Shown here: positions 26,985 through 36,909 of the stretch, piece after piece
Layout of the letters: each line of letters begins with the position of its first letter
How positions within the stretch are numbered: the first letter of the stretch is position 1
Assembly: GCA_028864975.1 (NCBI GenBank)
Contig: JAGWLG010000014.1
Coordinates: forward strand, 1 to 64,000
Origin: Thermoplasmata archaeon
Lineage (GTDB): Archaea; Thermoplasmatota; Thermoplasmata; Lutacidiplasmatales; UBA184
DNA length: 64,000 bases
Direction: 5' to 3'
Notes under the pieces: generated by a model
Seen by the model: the letters and a program-made list of their open reading frames with translations, nothing else
What the model was told of the DNA's origin: nothing
The model's database searches: none
Made by a program: the position numbers and the translations under genes

Positions 26985-27977
26985 TCAGGCGTCTACCTTT
27001 CGGGCCCGGACCTCGATCGTTGACCGCCAACGGGGCGCCGCCTTGGCGATCAAGGTGGGTGGAGTGAGCAGTAGGGTAAGGAGCTGCGTGCCACGGGAGT
27101 CAAACTGCCCGAGGCGAACTTCGAGACGGCAGATGGCGGACTTTCCGAGCTCCCCGGGGAAATCGTGGACGATCGGTCGGAGCTCAACGTCGGTGAACCC
27201 GTTGCTGGTGAGCATGCGCTCCAGCCCACCGCTCGAGAAGAGATGGGGATGTTCCACGTACTGGAAGAGCGCCCAACACTCTCGGAAAGCGCGGAACTGT
27301 GCCGAGTCCGCCCAGGGGGTTGTGAGCAGCAAGACCCCTCCTGGCCGCAGCACGACTTGGCAGTCGCGCAGGAAGCCTACAGGATCCGGGACATGCTCGA
27401 TCACATGGTGAGCGATGACCATGTCAGCGCGAGCGACATGGGTGAGGACCCGCGGTGTTCCCGCTTGGAGGTACCGCACACCATCGGCCTCCTTCCAAGA
27501 GGGATGCCGGGCGACGTCAATCGCAGTCACGCTCGCCCCCTCTGAAGCTAACCGGCGGGAGAGACCCCCCTCGCCGCACCCCACCTCAACGATCGTCGGA
27601 TGTGGACCGAGCTGACGCGCCATTCGAGAAGTGGTGTTCCAGCGCCAAAGACCGTAGACCTTCCCTCCTGCTCGAAGCAGCTCTCGCAGCCCTCCCACGG
27701 CGGACTCAGCCTCACCCTCGAGATTGGCCGGCGAGGCCCTAGCGTAGTAGGAGGAGAGCGAGCGGGCGGAAGGACGGCTCTCGGTGTGGACCGTTCCACA
27801 CCCCCGACAAGCCCAGAAGCAGAACGAAGCCCGATTCCCTTCAGGAACGAGCGGAAGAGCCCAGCTCCTCTCCGATCCTCCGCACGCCTCGCAATGCGTG
27901 CAGCCCTCGGTGCGTTCCGTCGTGGGGGCGAGGAGCCAAGTGCGCTGGGACCGGTGACCTACGCTCAACATTGCCAC
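26985..27977 (-). CDS. Class I SAM methyltransferase with N-terminal CxxC..CxxC (Methyltransf_23-like)
   Basis: CEACG..CRGCG, IVEVGCGEG, HHVIEHVPDP, LRPGGVLLLTTP, EHPHLFS. Confidence 0.8.
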   Translation of the reverse strand: MAMLSVGHRSQRTWLLAPTTERTEGCTHCEACGGSERSWALPLVPEGNRASFCFWACRGCGTVHTESRPSARSLSSYYARASPANLEGEAESAVGGLRELLRAGGKVYGLWRWNTTSRMARQLGPHPTIVEVGCGEGGLSRRLASEGASVTAIDVARHPSWKEADGVRYLQAGTPRVLTHVARADMVIAHHVIEHVPDPVGFLRDCQVVLRPGGVLLLTTPWADSAQFRAFRECWALFQYVEHPHLFSSGGLERMLTSNGFTDVELRPIVHDFPGELGKSAICRLEVRLGQFDSRGTQLLTLLLTPPTLIAKAAPRWRSTIEVRARKVDA

Positions 27978-28228
27978 TTCACCTCCGTCCTAGGTCCCTG
28001 CTGACGTGGGCCCGCGAACGCCGACCGCCGGGCGGAAGCGTCCTATCGGCTGGCACAAGGATCGCACTTGTATGTCGGGGAGGTATTTCTTGAGGCTCGA
28101 ACCGCCTGCTGAGGATTGGGGTCGTCGCCGAGGCACGGCTCGCGTGGGTTTCGGAAGATCATCCTTCTAGAGGGCTAGCCTTTTCAGGAGGCAGAAGCAC
28201 GCCGTCCCCGGCTGCCCGAAGATAGGGG

Positions 28229-29326
28229 GTGCACCTCATGGGCTCGACCACCTCTTCTTCCTCGCATCAACTTCGGCTGCTCGGCTATCCATACGTCCCC
28301 GATCCCGGGACTGGGCGAGGGATTGACCGTTACCTCCACTATTTGGTCGAGGGGTGCCGCCAACGGGGAGTTGAGTTCGGCTTGCTCCCCACGCGACAGT
28401 ACAACACGCACGCCGAGCAGCTCCTGCGCGGGGAGCCTAGTGTCCTCCGAGCGCTGCACCCTCCTCCACCTGGAGTCGTCCACGCCGTGTCCCCAGTGGG
28501 GGGCCGTGTGCTTGCCGTCCTCGGGCACTCGTGCTTCGTCACAACCATCCACGATGTCATGCCCTTCCATTTCTGGAGGGCGCATCCCGCTCGCTACACC
28601 TTCCTCCGTTGGTGCATAACGCTGTCAGCGAGACGCAGCGTTCGAATCATCGTCACTTTCCAATTCAACAAGAACTACCTTGTCGAGCACCTAGGCGTCC
28701 CGGAGCACAAAATCGACGTGGTTCCCATTGGGGTCGATCCTCAGACACTGGGGGTCGATGGGTCGACCGCAACCGCCCGCGAGGACGACATCCCGCGCTT
28801 GCTCTTCCTGGGGAGCTGGAACCCCTTCGAGCGAGGGGGAGATCTCGTCCTTCGCTCGATGCCCGACATCATCCGAGAGGTCCCACGAGCGCGTCTCATC
28901 TTTTCGTGCGCATCGCGCAGCATTCCCGCCATGCGTGAACTCGCCCGGAGCCTGCACATCGAGCTTGCTGTGGACTTTCCCGGTTTCATTCCAGAGGGTT
29001 CTTTGGGGAGCGTGCTGCGCGGCGCCGACGTCTTCGTCTACCCGTCTAGGATCGGGTTCTCCGCATCGGTCCTGCAAGCAATGCATGTCGGAACTCCGGT
29101 GGTCGCCGGAGACTGTCTCGACATGCCGGAGTTCGTTTCGGACAGTGGGGTGATCTCCCCGATGGAGGACCCCTCGAAGATGGCCCGATTGATCATCGGG
29201 CTGCTCCATGACCGCGATCAGCGACGAAGACTCGCAGAGAAGGGCAAGCGCCGAGTGGGAGATTTCTCTATCGACCAGATGATTGGACGGACATTGGAAG
29301 TCTATCACCAAGTCATGTCGAAGTAG
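28229..29326 (+). CDS. GT4 glycosyltransferase (EX7E motif degenerate)
   Basis: GIDRY, VTTIHDVMP, IDVVPIGVD, FPGFIP, DVFVYPS..GTPVV, RRRLAEKG. Confidence 0.85.
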   Translation: MHLMGSTTSSSSHQLRLLGYPYVPDPGTGRGIDRYLHYLVEGCRQRGVEFGLLPTRQYNTHAEQLLRGEPSVLRALHPPPPGVVHAVSPVGGRVLAVLGHSCFVTTIHDVMPFHFWRAHPARYTFLRWCITLSARRSVRIIVTFQFNKNYLVEHLGVPEHKIDVVPIGVDPQTLGVDGSTATAREDDIPRLLFLGSWNPFERGGDLVLRSMPDIIREVPRARLIFSCASRSIPAMRELARSLHIELAVDFPGFIPEGSLGSVLRGADVFVYPSRIGFSASVLQAMHVGTPVVAGDCLDMPEFVSDSGVISPMEDPSKMARLIIGLLHDRDQRRRLAEKGKRRVGDFSIDQMIGRTLEVYHQVMSK

Positions 29327-29653
29327 GGTTCCGACTTCAGACAAAAGGCGCCCGCCGAGCGCGCGAACATGAGCAGCGAGTCCTCTCGATGAACGCCGAG
29401 GCTCAGTTTCCAGCTCCTTCAGTCGTGGAAGGTCCGCCGTACCCATTGGCTCGGGGATGCTCGGGAGAGTGGCGACTCCAGGGTGCGCGGCCGAGCGCCA
29501 GCCCCCAGAGGAACCAAGCCATCGATGAGGTTGCCTGAAAACCTCTCGAGCTGAGGACACGACAACATGCATGCTTCATCGGCCCTGCGCACCGATTTCT
29601 CTTGCGGAATACGGTAGCTCGTGACATGGCTGCCTTCCAAGAAGAGGGGGTGC

Positions 29654-30427
29654 TTAAGGGTCGACCCGGACCACCACGGCGTGTCCATTGAGATTGTGCA
29701 GGACGACGCGACCGGATCCCTGTCGAAGCGTGTTCACGAAGCGCGTTACGCCGGGAGTAGAGCGGAAACCGTAGTCGTCGAAGACTACGACCGCCCCTCG
29801 GGCGAGGCGTGGCCACACCCACTCGAAGACGCCCTTGGCCGACTCATAGGTGTCCACGTCGATGTGACAGAATCGGACCCTGGCGGGCTGAATGAGGTGA
29901 CCGGTCTCATCCGGGAAGATTCCAACAAGGACCTTCACGTTCGAGACCCCCATAGAGGCTAGGAGGTGCTCGACCCCTGCCTCGGAAGTGTTAGCGAAAT
30001 CTCCATCCCGGTGAAAGGCATCTGGAGCACCGGCTTTCACCAACCCCCGAAAGGTGTCGCAGAGGTAAACCGTTTCGTCAATGCCGAGCGACCTAGCTCT
30101 CGCTGCGATCAGAGCACCGGTGCCGCCGCGGAAGACTCCCACCTCGAGGAACACCCCGGACAATTGTGCGGTCTCGGCAACCAATTGCCACAGGTCGTAG
30201 CAACGGTAGCGGTCTACCATGGTGCTCTCCCGAATGCTCTCCCAGACTCGAAGGAACGGCTCGTCGGCGCGCCAGGGGGCGTAGGTGGCTCCCGTCAGTA
30301 CAAGTTCCTGGTCCGCGGAGGAGAAAAGGCACCCGAGCTTCCCCGGGTTGCGGAGAATCGACCGTGTTGCCACTCCGCCGAGCTCGAAGGCACGTCCCAC
30401 GGCTGCAAGAGTACCCTGTCGTTTCAT
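29654..30427 (-). CDS. TylF/MycF/NovP-type sugar O-methyltransferase
   Basis: FLEVGVFRGG, YLCDTFRGL, GIFPDET, HIDVDTYES, VVVFDDYG. Confidence 0.85.
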   Translation of the reverse strand: MKRQGTLAAVGRAFELGGVATRSILRNPGKLGCLFSSADQELVLTGATYAPWRADEPFLRVWESIRESTMVDRYRCYDLWQLVAETAQLSGVFLEVGVFRGGTGALIAARARSLGIDETVYLCDTFRGLVKAGAPDAFHRDGDFANTSEAGVEHLLASMGVSNVKVLVGIFPDETGHLIQPARVRFCHIDVDTYESAKGVFEWVWPRLARGAVVVFDDYGFRSTPGVTRFVNTLRQGSGRVVLHNLNGHAVVVRVDP

Positions 30428-31084
30428 GGCCAGGAGCTCTGTAGGATTGGTTCTCGTTCTGTCGGGGTACGCTTAGCTGCTGGATGGGAAACCTGTAGGT
30501 AACGCTCTGTGGGGTGAACACGACGCTCCGCGGTCGAAAGATCGCCACCGAGACGAGCGACCCTCTCTCGACGGCCGAGTATCCAGCTTGCAGCTCCACG
30601 TGGTCTCATGCACGATTCGAGCCTGGCGCGAGACTCCGCTACGGTCTTGCTATTCTCCCCTAATCTAGCTTCCCCCTGAGAGGGCCGAGCAAGCCCTCGC
30701 CCTCCAGGTATTACTCACGTGGGACGGACCCACGAGGGACTGCCGTGCTGAAGTGCGGTGAACGGTCCATCTGTCCCCTTGGCCAAAAGAAGTTGGGGGA
30801 CGGTTCGGTCGAACATTTCATCGAGGAACTCTTGTGGGGCTTGGGGGGTGTCCCTTCCGCTCCCTCTGGATCTCAGGGAGCTTGGTGTGTGCGAGGCATG
30901 AGACCCCTTGGACCCGCCCGGGAGCGGACGAACGAGTGCCAGCGCAGGTCGACTCGGCGGTTGCATCTTGTCGAGGAATGTGCCGGGGGCCCGCTCACTG
31001 AAGACAGCTCCGAGAACTTCTCGGGCACGGCTACGGGTGGGTCATAACGCTAATAGTCCGTGGAGGCAGACCCCTTGGTCTGCA

Positions 31085-31753
31085 ATGCCGGGATTCGGTC
31101 TTGACCAAGAGGTCGTGACCCAGCGATTGGTCCTGAAGCGAGCCGGTGCGATGGATTGGGCCCCCCGGTGGAGGGCCGCTCTCCTTCCAAGGCTCATGAG
31201 AGTCCTACCAGCCAACCCACGAGAGATCTTCCGCCTGCTGCACTCCCTGCGTCTACTGGTCAACGGTCACCCCAGCATCATGGAGGAGGTCCGATTCGCC
31301 ATAATTGACCGACGCACGCGGGCCATAGTTGGTGGTGGGCGGTGGGTGAGGGTGGTGGGGCATCCTGAACGCGCGGGGATTGGTTACTGGGTCGCTGCCC
31401 CCTTCAGAAGACGAGGGATCGCGGGCGAGGCGGTCCATGCCGCCTGCAGGGCCTGCTTCGCTAAGGGGGAAGTAAGTGAGGTACTCGCTCTGGTGCCTCC
31501 TGACAACGCCCCGTCGATCAGCTTCTTGACAACTCTCGGGTTCTCCAGGGTCGCCGTCGCACCAAGGGCTGCGGGAACCTTAAGTGGGGAGGCAAGGATG
31601 CTCGAGTTCCTTGTTCGACCATCGACCCTCAAGTCACCTGCACGGGCCTCTCCATTCTCCGAGTTTGATCCGGCCATCCCGTCTACGATGTTTGTGAGGG
31701 AACCCGCGAAAGGAACTCAACGACGACAGCCGGCATTGATAAGATCCGACTGA
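31085..31753 (+). CDS. GNAT acetyltransferase (RimJ/RimL-like)
   Basis: TQRLVLK, IGYWVAAPFRRRGIAGEA, DNAPSISFLTTLGF. Start placed at ATG 31085. Confidence 0.75.
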   Translation: MPGFGLDQEVVTQRLVLKRAGAMDWAPRWRAALLPRLMRVLPANPREIFRLLHSLRLLVNGHPSIMEEVRFAIIDRRTRAIVGGGRWVRVVGHPERAGIGYWVAAPFRRRGIAGEAVHAACRACFAKGEVSEVLALVPPDNAPSISFLTTLGFSRVAVAPRAAGTLSGEARMLEFLVRPSTLKSPARASPFSEFDPAIPSTMFVREPAKGTQRRQPALIRSD

Positions 31754-31883
31754 AATCGACATATCGTAACACGAAGTCGAGATTGAGACCTTGGGGCAGG
31801 CGCGGCCATTCGGGTGGACTAGGGCGGTCCTCCTCGTGCATGGTTCCCGGCGGCTCCCAGGTTTCAGGGAAGCCGCCGAACGC

Positions 31884-33023
31884 ATGATGCTCGGCTCCCC
31901 GAAGGTGCTGGCCGGAACAGAGCCCACGGCGGGGGATGGTCACCCCGCACTCGCTCTCGCAATTGTCGGACTGGTGGCGCTCTCGATTCTCGCCACGTCA
32001 TCTCTCCAGCTGTCGCGTAACTTCGACTCTCAGACCACGCCATCTGGACTATGGCCCGCGGTGGCCTTCTTGAGCGATGGTCCTATGGAAAAGCTCTCGC
32101 TGTCCTACACCAATCCGGGCGCGGGAGCGGGGAAGATACTGCCTCTCTACGTTGGAGGGGTTCTGAACTTGAGCGGCACCATTCTCCCGCTGACCTACGG
32201 GCTGAGTCCCGGCCGGACGTCGATTGGATCTTCCGGTCTTGGGGTCGGTGCTCCACCCTTGCCCGAACGAAGTGAGTGTGAAGCGACCCTTACGCTTTCA
32301 AGTATTCAGTATGGAAAGATGGCCACGGTGAACGGTACGGCGGTGTTCGGCCCGTCCGTGGTATCCGTGTCTTTTGGCGGAATCTCAACGTGGCCTGCGC
32401 TCGGGCTGGGGATAATCCTTCCCAGGCCCCATGGCCAACAGACCGCCTCGGGATCGACGCTCCTGACGATCGTGGGATCTGGTAGTGGGAACTCCACGGG
32501 ACGACTGCTCTATTATGTTTACAACACCGCTCAAAACGAGTCGCTCCAGGCGACGTCCCAGCCATTTCCCATCTCAACGAATAGACCAACCACGCTAACG
32601 GTCGATTTCTTCGGGAATGGGAGTTTCGCCAGCTTTGTCAATGGGCAAAGCGAGCTGCTTGGATCGATTCCTCTGTATTCGCCGGCGCCGCAGCAAGTGG
32701 GCATTTGGACGAATTCAACGGCCTCAGTCGATGGGGTCTACGTGGAGGCGAATGGCCAGCCGGGATTCGCTGCCCCCTCCGTCGACTGCGGAAGTCTGAC
32801 GATCTTGACGTTCCAAGCAGCGATTAGCCCCCAGTTCGAAGGTGCGCATCCCGGTAGCCGGCTTTTCGGACCCTTCGCCAACCCCGAGTCGGGCTCCGAA
32901 CCGCTGTTTGTCCTCGAGGCATTTACACCCTCCAGCGGGAACGGGGACACGATCTGGCTCGCGAGCGCAGACCTTCTGGTGCTTCCACCGGGTGACACTT
33001 TGTCCCTGGAACTCCATCCTTGA
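31884..33023 (+). CDS. Secreted/membrane-anchored beta-rich hypothetical protein, likely glycoprotein
   Basis: Single N-terminal hydrophobic helix, Ser/Thr/Gly-rich beta-strand pattern, six N-x-S/T sequons. Confidence 0.6.
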   Translation: MMLGSPKVLAGTEPTAGDGHPALALAIVGLVALSILATSSLQLSRNFDSQTTPSGLWPAVAFLSDGPMEKLSLSYTNPGAGAGKILPLYVGGVLNLSGTILPLTYGLSPGRTSIGSSGLGVGAPPLPERSECEATLTLSSIQYGKMATVNGTAVFGPSVVSVSFGGISTWPALGLGIILPRPHGQQTASGSTLLTIVGSGSGNSTGRLLYYVYNTAQNESLQATSQPFPISTNRPTTLTVDFFGNGSFASFVNGQSELLGSIPLYSPAPQQVGIWTNSTASVDGVYVEANGQPGFAAPSVDCGSLTILTFQAAISPQFEGAHPGSRLFGPFANPESGSEPLFVLEAFTPSSGNGDTIWLASADLLVLPPGDTLSLELHP

Positions 33024-33055
33024 GAAGTCGGCACGGCCAAGTGGCGAAGACAGGC

Positions 33056-35671
33056 TCAAGCGTTGAGGACCAAGAAGTCAATGGCATCGACGTAGCCGAC
33101 CGTTCCCTCCAACGTGAGCGTCAGCGTTGCGACTCCGGAGCTTGAAGTGAACGAGATGGCAGATCCATAGTCCGGTCCAGTTGTGCTGTAGTAGGCAGTA
33201 CCGACCCAGATTCCACTGATGGAAACCCGAAGGTACTCGCTGGTCTGGTCCGTAACCCGATGCACGTGTAAGGTGTAGGTCCCATTGACGGGCAACGCCA
33301 GTCGATAGGTCAGTGTCGATCCATCCAGCGCGGACCCTCCGGGAATCGCGCTGCTCACCGCGTTGGCGACCGGCGGGAGTCCGAAGGCTGTCGAGTACGC
33401 GTTCCATACGTACTGCGGCTGGAGTTCTGAGCTCGCGTTGACATACGAAGTCGCAGCTATGAATCCCAAAGATTCGCCAGGAATATACTGGAATATATCG
33501 ATTTGAGCGTTGGCGTAGATTAGTTTGAAATATGAAAGCTGAGAAAAGAGTGAGATCTCTGAGTCGCTGACTCCAATCTGAAAGACATAATATGTTATCT
33601 TGAAAGTATCGAAGGCTGCTTGTTCGTTGCTCGAGTTTGGGAACTCGATAGCTTGATTGACGACAAAGTACGGGTCCTGCTGGGGTGGGAAAACCGAGCT
33701 TTCGATGTCCTGGTAGAGGCCCCATCCCGGACGTCCGAGCACAGCATCTGGGCAGAAGTCCGCGAAAGCGGACGGTGCGTTATTGTTCAGATTCTCGTCA
33801 ACGACAATGGTTCTTCCTGGGATCTCATTGTCAGCTAACCACGAGCTCGCTTGGAGCATGGCCGGGCTGTAATCGGTCGTCACCACCGGTAGCGAGGTCA
33901 CGCCTGAATCGTTGTATAGGAGCCCGTAGCCTGCCGACGCTGCCGAGAGGACGAGGACTCCGGTCAGAGCGATGACCCCCACTGGACGGGAGAGGGTCTT
34001 GAGCTTCGAGCTTCGGCTGAGGACCCAGCCCAGGGCAAAGCCAACGAGGGGCACGCTCGAAAGGACCGAGTACTCAACAAGGCGAGGGGTTGCGACTCCT
34101 ACGACTTCTGATGCGACTCCCGAGAAGGCGGCGTAGGTCGTAACCACGGTGAGCGACCCAAGAAGGACGAGAACTCGGGCCTCCTCACGATGGGCGGGTC
34201 GGACTTCGCGTTTGAAGAGTCGCCACACCGCGACCCATAGCGCAACCCCACACAGCGCAAACCCGATGAGCCCGAGGGGGAAGAAGGTCGAGATGATGTC
34301 GGCTGGCCGGACGGACACGAGTCCGAGACCACCTCCCGAGGCGCCAGAACCAGAGGAGAGCGCGGGCGAATTGGCAGCGATGCTCCGGGGAACGAGGTAT
34401 GGCGGGAGAAGGAGCACCGTGGGAAGGACGATCACTATGAGCCTTTGCAGTGGACCTGATAGTCCCGCGATTCGTCCGGCGATACCAAATTGTTGGGTAT
34501 GATTGGATTCTGTTGCGCTCTTCACTCTTCCTTGTGCGTCCTCCTGCGTTCGAGACGATCCGCGGAACATCTGTCGCCCGGGTGTCAGAATAACTCGCCA
34601 TCCCAGAAAGAGAAGGGCGGCGATACCGAAGATTAGTGCCAGGGGGTCGGAGAGGGCACACAAGAGAATGGCGAAAGATAGCAGCAAGGACTCTCTCCAC
34701 TGCACAGTGCCGTCTTCGAATCGCCCAACCAGCACGAGAAGGACGGCAAGATAGCCCACCACGCTGAGGGCAGCATCAGGGAACACTCCGAAGTATGCGG
34801 CAGCAATCTGATTATTGAAGAACAGGGATCCTCCCCACCATGAGCCCATCATCCAAACGAAGGGGAGGACATAGACAACGGCCCATTGACATGTGAAGCG
34901 ACGCACGACCAGGAAGAGCCCAAGGGGGGCGAGAATCATCGGGACCAGGTACGCGACCTGTGCCACGTAGACTGCGTTCACTCCGCTCCCTTCCACGAAC
35001 AGGGCATAGAACACGGACACGCCGGGGTCGAACAGCGTCGTGTTGTAGAAGCCAGGAGGTGAGCTTGGAAAGACCCTGACGGCGGTGCCCCAACCTCCGG
35101 TGTGGGCGAGCGAGTTTGCGATCCGGGCGAACGTCGCTGTGTCGTCAGCGTTCAAGAAGCCTTGATGGAGCAGGAGCAGTATGGGAAACATCAGCAACGT
35201 TGCGGCCGCCGCTACGACCGCAATGAAGAGACCATCCGTCTTCGCATCCCTCGCCATCACGGTTTCGAGCGAATGCCATAGTCGTGCGAGAGTACCCCGA
35301 CAGAAGGCCACAAACAGGAGTGCTAGCACCCACTCCAAGACCAACGTACCCGAGAGGGAGAAAACCCCAGACCGCGCAAGGAGCCAACCCATGCCAATTG
35401 CAAGGGACAGACCGATGACGTTCCCCTGGAACAGGGCGTCAGCCATCGTGGGCCGTCTGGACGGGAAGCGACTAAGGAGCGACGTGAAGACGAGAACTCC
35501 TGGAAACAGAACCGATAGAAGATAGGTAGCTACTGCCAGGACCCCAGCGACTTGGGCCAAGAGGAAAGCCGCCAACAGAAGGAGAAGGACCGTGCCCGCC
35601 GGCCACGCGAGGTGCTTGTAGATCCTTCTCATCGGAGTCGGCGCCGTCTGCGAAAGAACTGACTTATACAT
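33056..35671 (-). CDS. Large multi-pass membrane protein, GT-C-like, with extracellular C-terminal domain (paralog A)
   Basis: More than 10 TM segments, acidic NADDTA loop motif, soluble C-terminal region. Clearly paralogous to 39570-42044. Start placed at ATG 35671; the TTG at 35743 or a later ATG is possible. Confidence 0.7.
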   Translation of the reverse strand: MYKSVLSQTAPTPMRRIYKHLAWPAGTVLLLLLAAFLLAQVAGVLAVATYLLSVLFPGVLVFTSLLSRFPSRRPTMADALFQGNVIGLSLAIGMGWLLARSGVFSLSGTLVLEWVLALLFVAFCRGTLARLWHSLETVMARDAKTDGLFIAVVAAAATLLMFPILLLLHQGFLNADDTATFARIANSLAHTGGWGTAVRVFPSSPPGFYNTTLFDPGVSVFYALFVEGSGVNAVYVAQVAYLVPMILAPLGLFLVVRRFTCQWAVVYVLPFVWMMGSWWGGSLFFNNQIAAAYFGVFPDAALSVVGYLAVLLVLVGRFEDGTVQWRESLLLSFAILLCALSDPLALIFGIAALLFLGWRVILTPGRQMFRGSSRTQEDAQGRVKSATESNHTQQFGIAGRIAGLSGPLQRLIVIVLPTVLLLPPYLVPRSIAANSPALSSGSGASGGGLGLVSVRPADIISTFFPLGLIGFALCGVALWVAVWRLFKREVRPAHREEARVLVLLGSLTVVTTYAAFSGVASEVVGVATPRLVEYSVLSSVPLVGFALGWVLSRSSKLKTLSRPVGVIALTGVLVLSAASAGYGLLYNDSGVTSLPVVTTDYSPAMLQASSWLADNEIPGRTIVVDENLNNNAPSAFADFCPDAVLGRPGWGLYQDIESSVFPPQQDPYFVVNQAIEFPNSSNEQAAFDTFKITYYVFQIGVSDSEISLFSQLSYFKLIYANAQIDIFQYIPGESLGFIAATSYVNASSELQPQYVWNAYSTAFGLPPVANAVSSAIPGGSALDGSTLTYRLALPVNGTYTLHVHRVTDQTSEYLRVSISGIWVGTAYYSTTGPDYGSAISFTSSSGVATLTLTLEGTVGYVDAIDFLVLNA

Positions 35672-35991
35672 CCCTTGCAGGCTTGGGTCATCGCGGGTCG
35701 CCTCGAGATGATCCTGGCCTTCGCGGCAGCACTCACAGCTCAATAGCGTGCGTCATAGCACCGGGTTCTCCGGCGTCATCAGCATGGCCCCCGCGGCTAG
35801 GGCCGGACACCATCGTGGGGACCAGGAAGGGCGACAAGACTACCCGCCCATCCTCCGTCGGGAGGCGGTGGGTGTAGGCTCGCCGGGAAGGGGACCCAGA
35901 TCTACCCCGCGTTCCCCCGACCGCCGCCGAAGCCGCTTCGACAGGCTCTATTAAGCGGCCAAATTCGTGGGACCCGCGCAGGGACACAGAG

Positions 35992-36708
35992 ATGCCCCCT
36001 AGACAATCCGAACAACGTTACCGTCGCGGGCGCTTTCCTCTACACCTTGTTGGGAAGTGTTTCGCGCCCCTTCGTGCCCTCGTTCGTTGGCGGGCGTGGA
36101 ACGCCGCCCTCGGGGGTTCGCGTGTATTCTTCTCCCGCGACCCGAGCCGAGTAGGGAGAGTGACCGTGGGGGAGGGCACGGTGGCGTCCTCGGAGATCGA
36201 TGTAGAGCTCTCTGATCCTTCGACCACCGTTTCGATCGGGAAGTATACGGCAATTGGGCGCAACCTGAAGTTGATATGTTCATCGGGCCACGACCCGAGC
36301 CGGGTGTGCAACGTGAACCTGTATGACGCCCAGGAGGATCCTATTCCGAGGAGCTCAGTCCGGTCTCTCGGACCCATCTCCATTGGCCACGATGTTTGGA
36401 TCGGAGATGATGTGACCATCATGGGGGGGACGTCAATCGGCAACGGCGCAGTGGTTGGAACGAAGAGCCTCGTGACCTCTTCCTTGGAGCCCTATGGTAT
36501 CTACGGAGGTGTACCTGTCAGGCTGATACGGTTCCGTTTCTCACCGGAGATTCGGACCGAACTGGAGCGGTTGGCATGGTGGGACCTACCTCCTGCCGTG
36601 CTGAGAGAGCTACGGGGTCAGCTCATGGTCGCGGAGGCTGAGGAGGCGATCCGAATCCTTCAAAGGGCGAAGTTGCGATCCGCGAGTGGACGCGTCAGCC
36701 CCTCCTGA
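35992..36708 (+). CDS. Hexapeptide-repeat (CatB/Vat-like) acyltransferase
   Basis: IGKYTAIG, GH, IGHDVWIG..IGNGAVVG..YGIYGGVP..IRFRF, LAWWD. TATTAAG at 35949. Confidence 0.85.
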   Translation: MPPRQSEQRYRRGRFPLHLVGKCFAPLRALVRWRAWNAALGGSRVFFSRDPSRVGRVTVGEGTVASSEIDVELSDPSTTVSIGKYTAIGRNLKLICSSGHDPSRVCNVNLYDAQEDPIPRSSVRSLGPISIGHDVWIGDDVTIMGGTSIGNGAVVGTKSLVTSSLEPYGIYGGVPVRLIRFRFSPEIRTELERLAWWDLPPAVLRELRGQLMVAEAEEAIRILQRAKLRSASGRVSPS

Positions 36709-36909
36709 ACGACCGAGCGCGCGCAGGCTCTCTCTCTCATCTGTTGGGTGGGTTCGATCCCCGCAAGGCAGGACGGTTCTTGTTCTGGGCGACCCCATTT
36801 GTCGGACTTGCTCCCAGGGCCGCTAGCAAGGTGGCCTTGCACACCCTGGTCCGAAGGTCGCTACGGTTCAGCGGAGATTGCTCTCCGGACATCGGGGGGG
36901 AGCAGAAAT
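36709..36909 (+). ncRNA. Candidate structured element with tRNA T-arm motif
   Basis: GTGGG-TTCGATC-CCCGC (36748-64). Nested hairpin 36789-94/36856-61, 36802-06/36850-54, 36814-19/36844-49, 36826-31/36835-40. Confidence 0.3.

Noticed and set aside
29327-31084. Short ORFs in the long gaps around the TylF gene as pseudogene remnants
   Set aside because: No recognisable motifs or coding bias; cannot be called without a homology search.
35992-36708. CatB/Vat-like gene as an antibiotic resistance determinant
   Set aside because: The context among glycosyltransferases and the divergent N-terminal half favour sugar acylation.
36748-36769. T-arm motif as the att duplicate of the tRNA-Gly at 48265
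   Set aside because: Only 16 of 22 nt match 48314-48335, mostly generic T-arm positions, and no integrase is present. Kept only as a weak structural finding.
36815-36829. CAGG...AGCA resembling SRP RNA helix 8
   Set aside because: It lacks the intervening stem and GNRA (GGAA) tetraloop, and no Alu domain is present.
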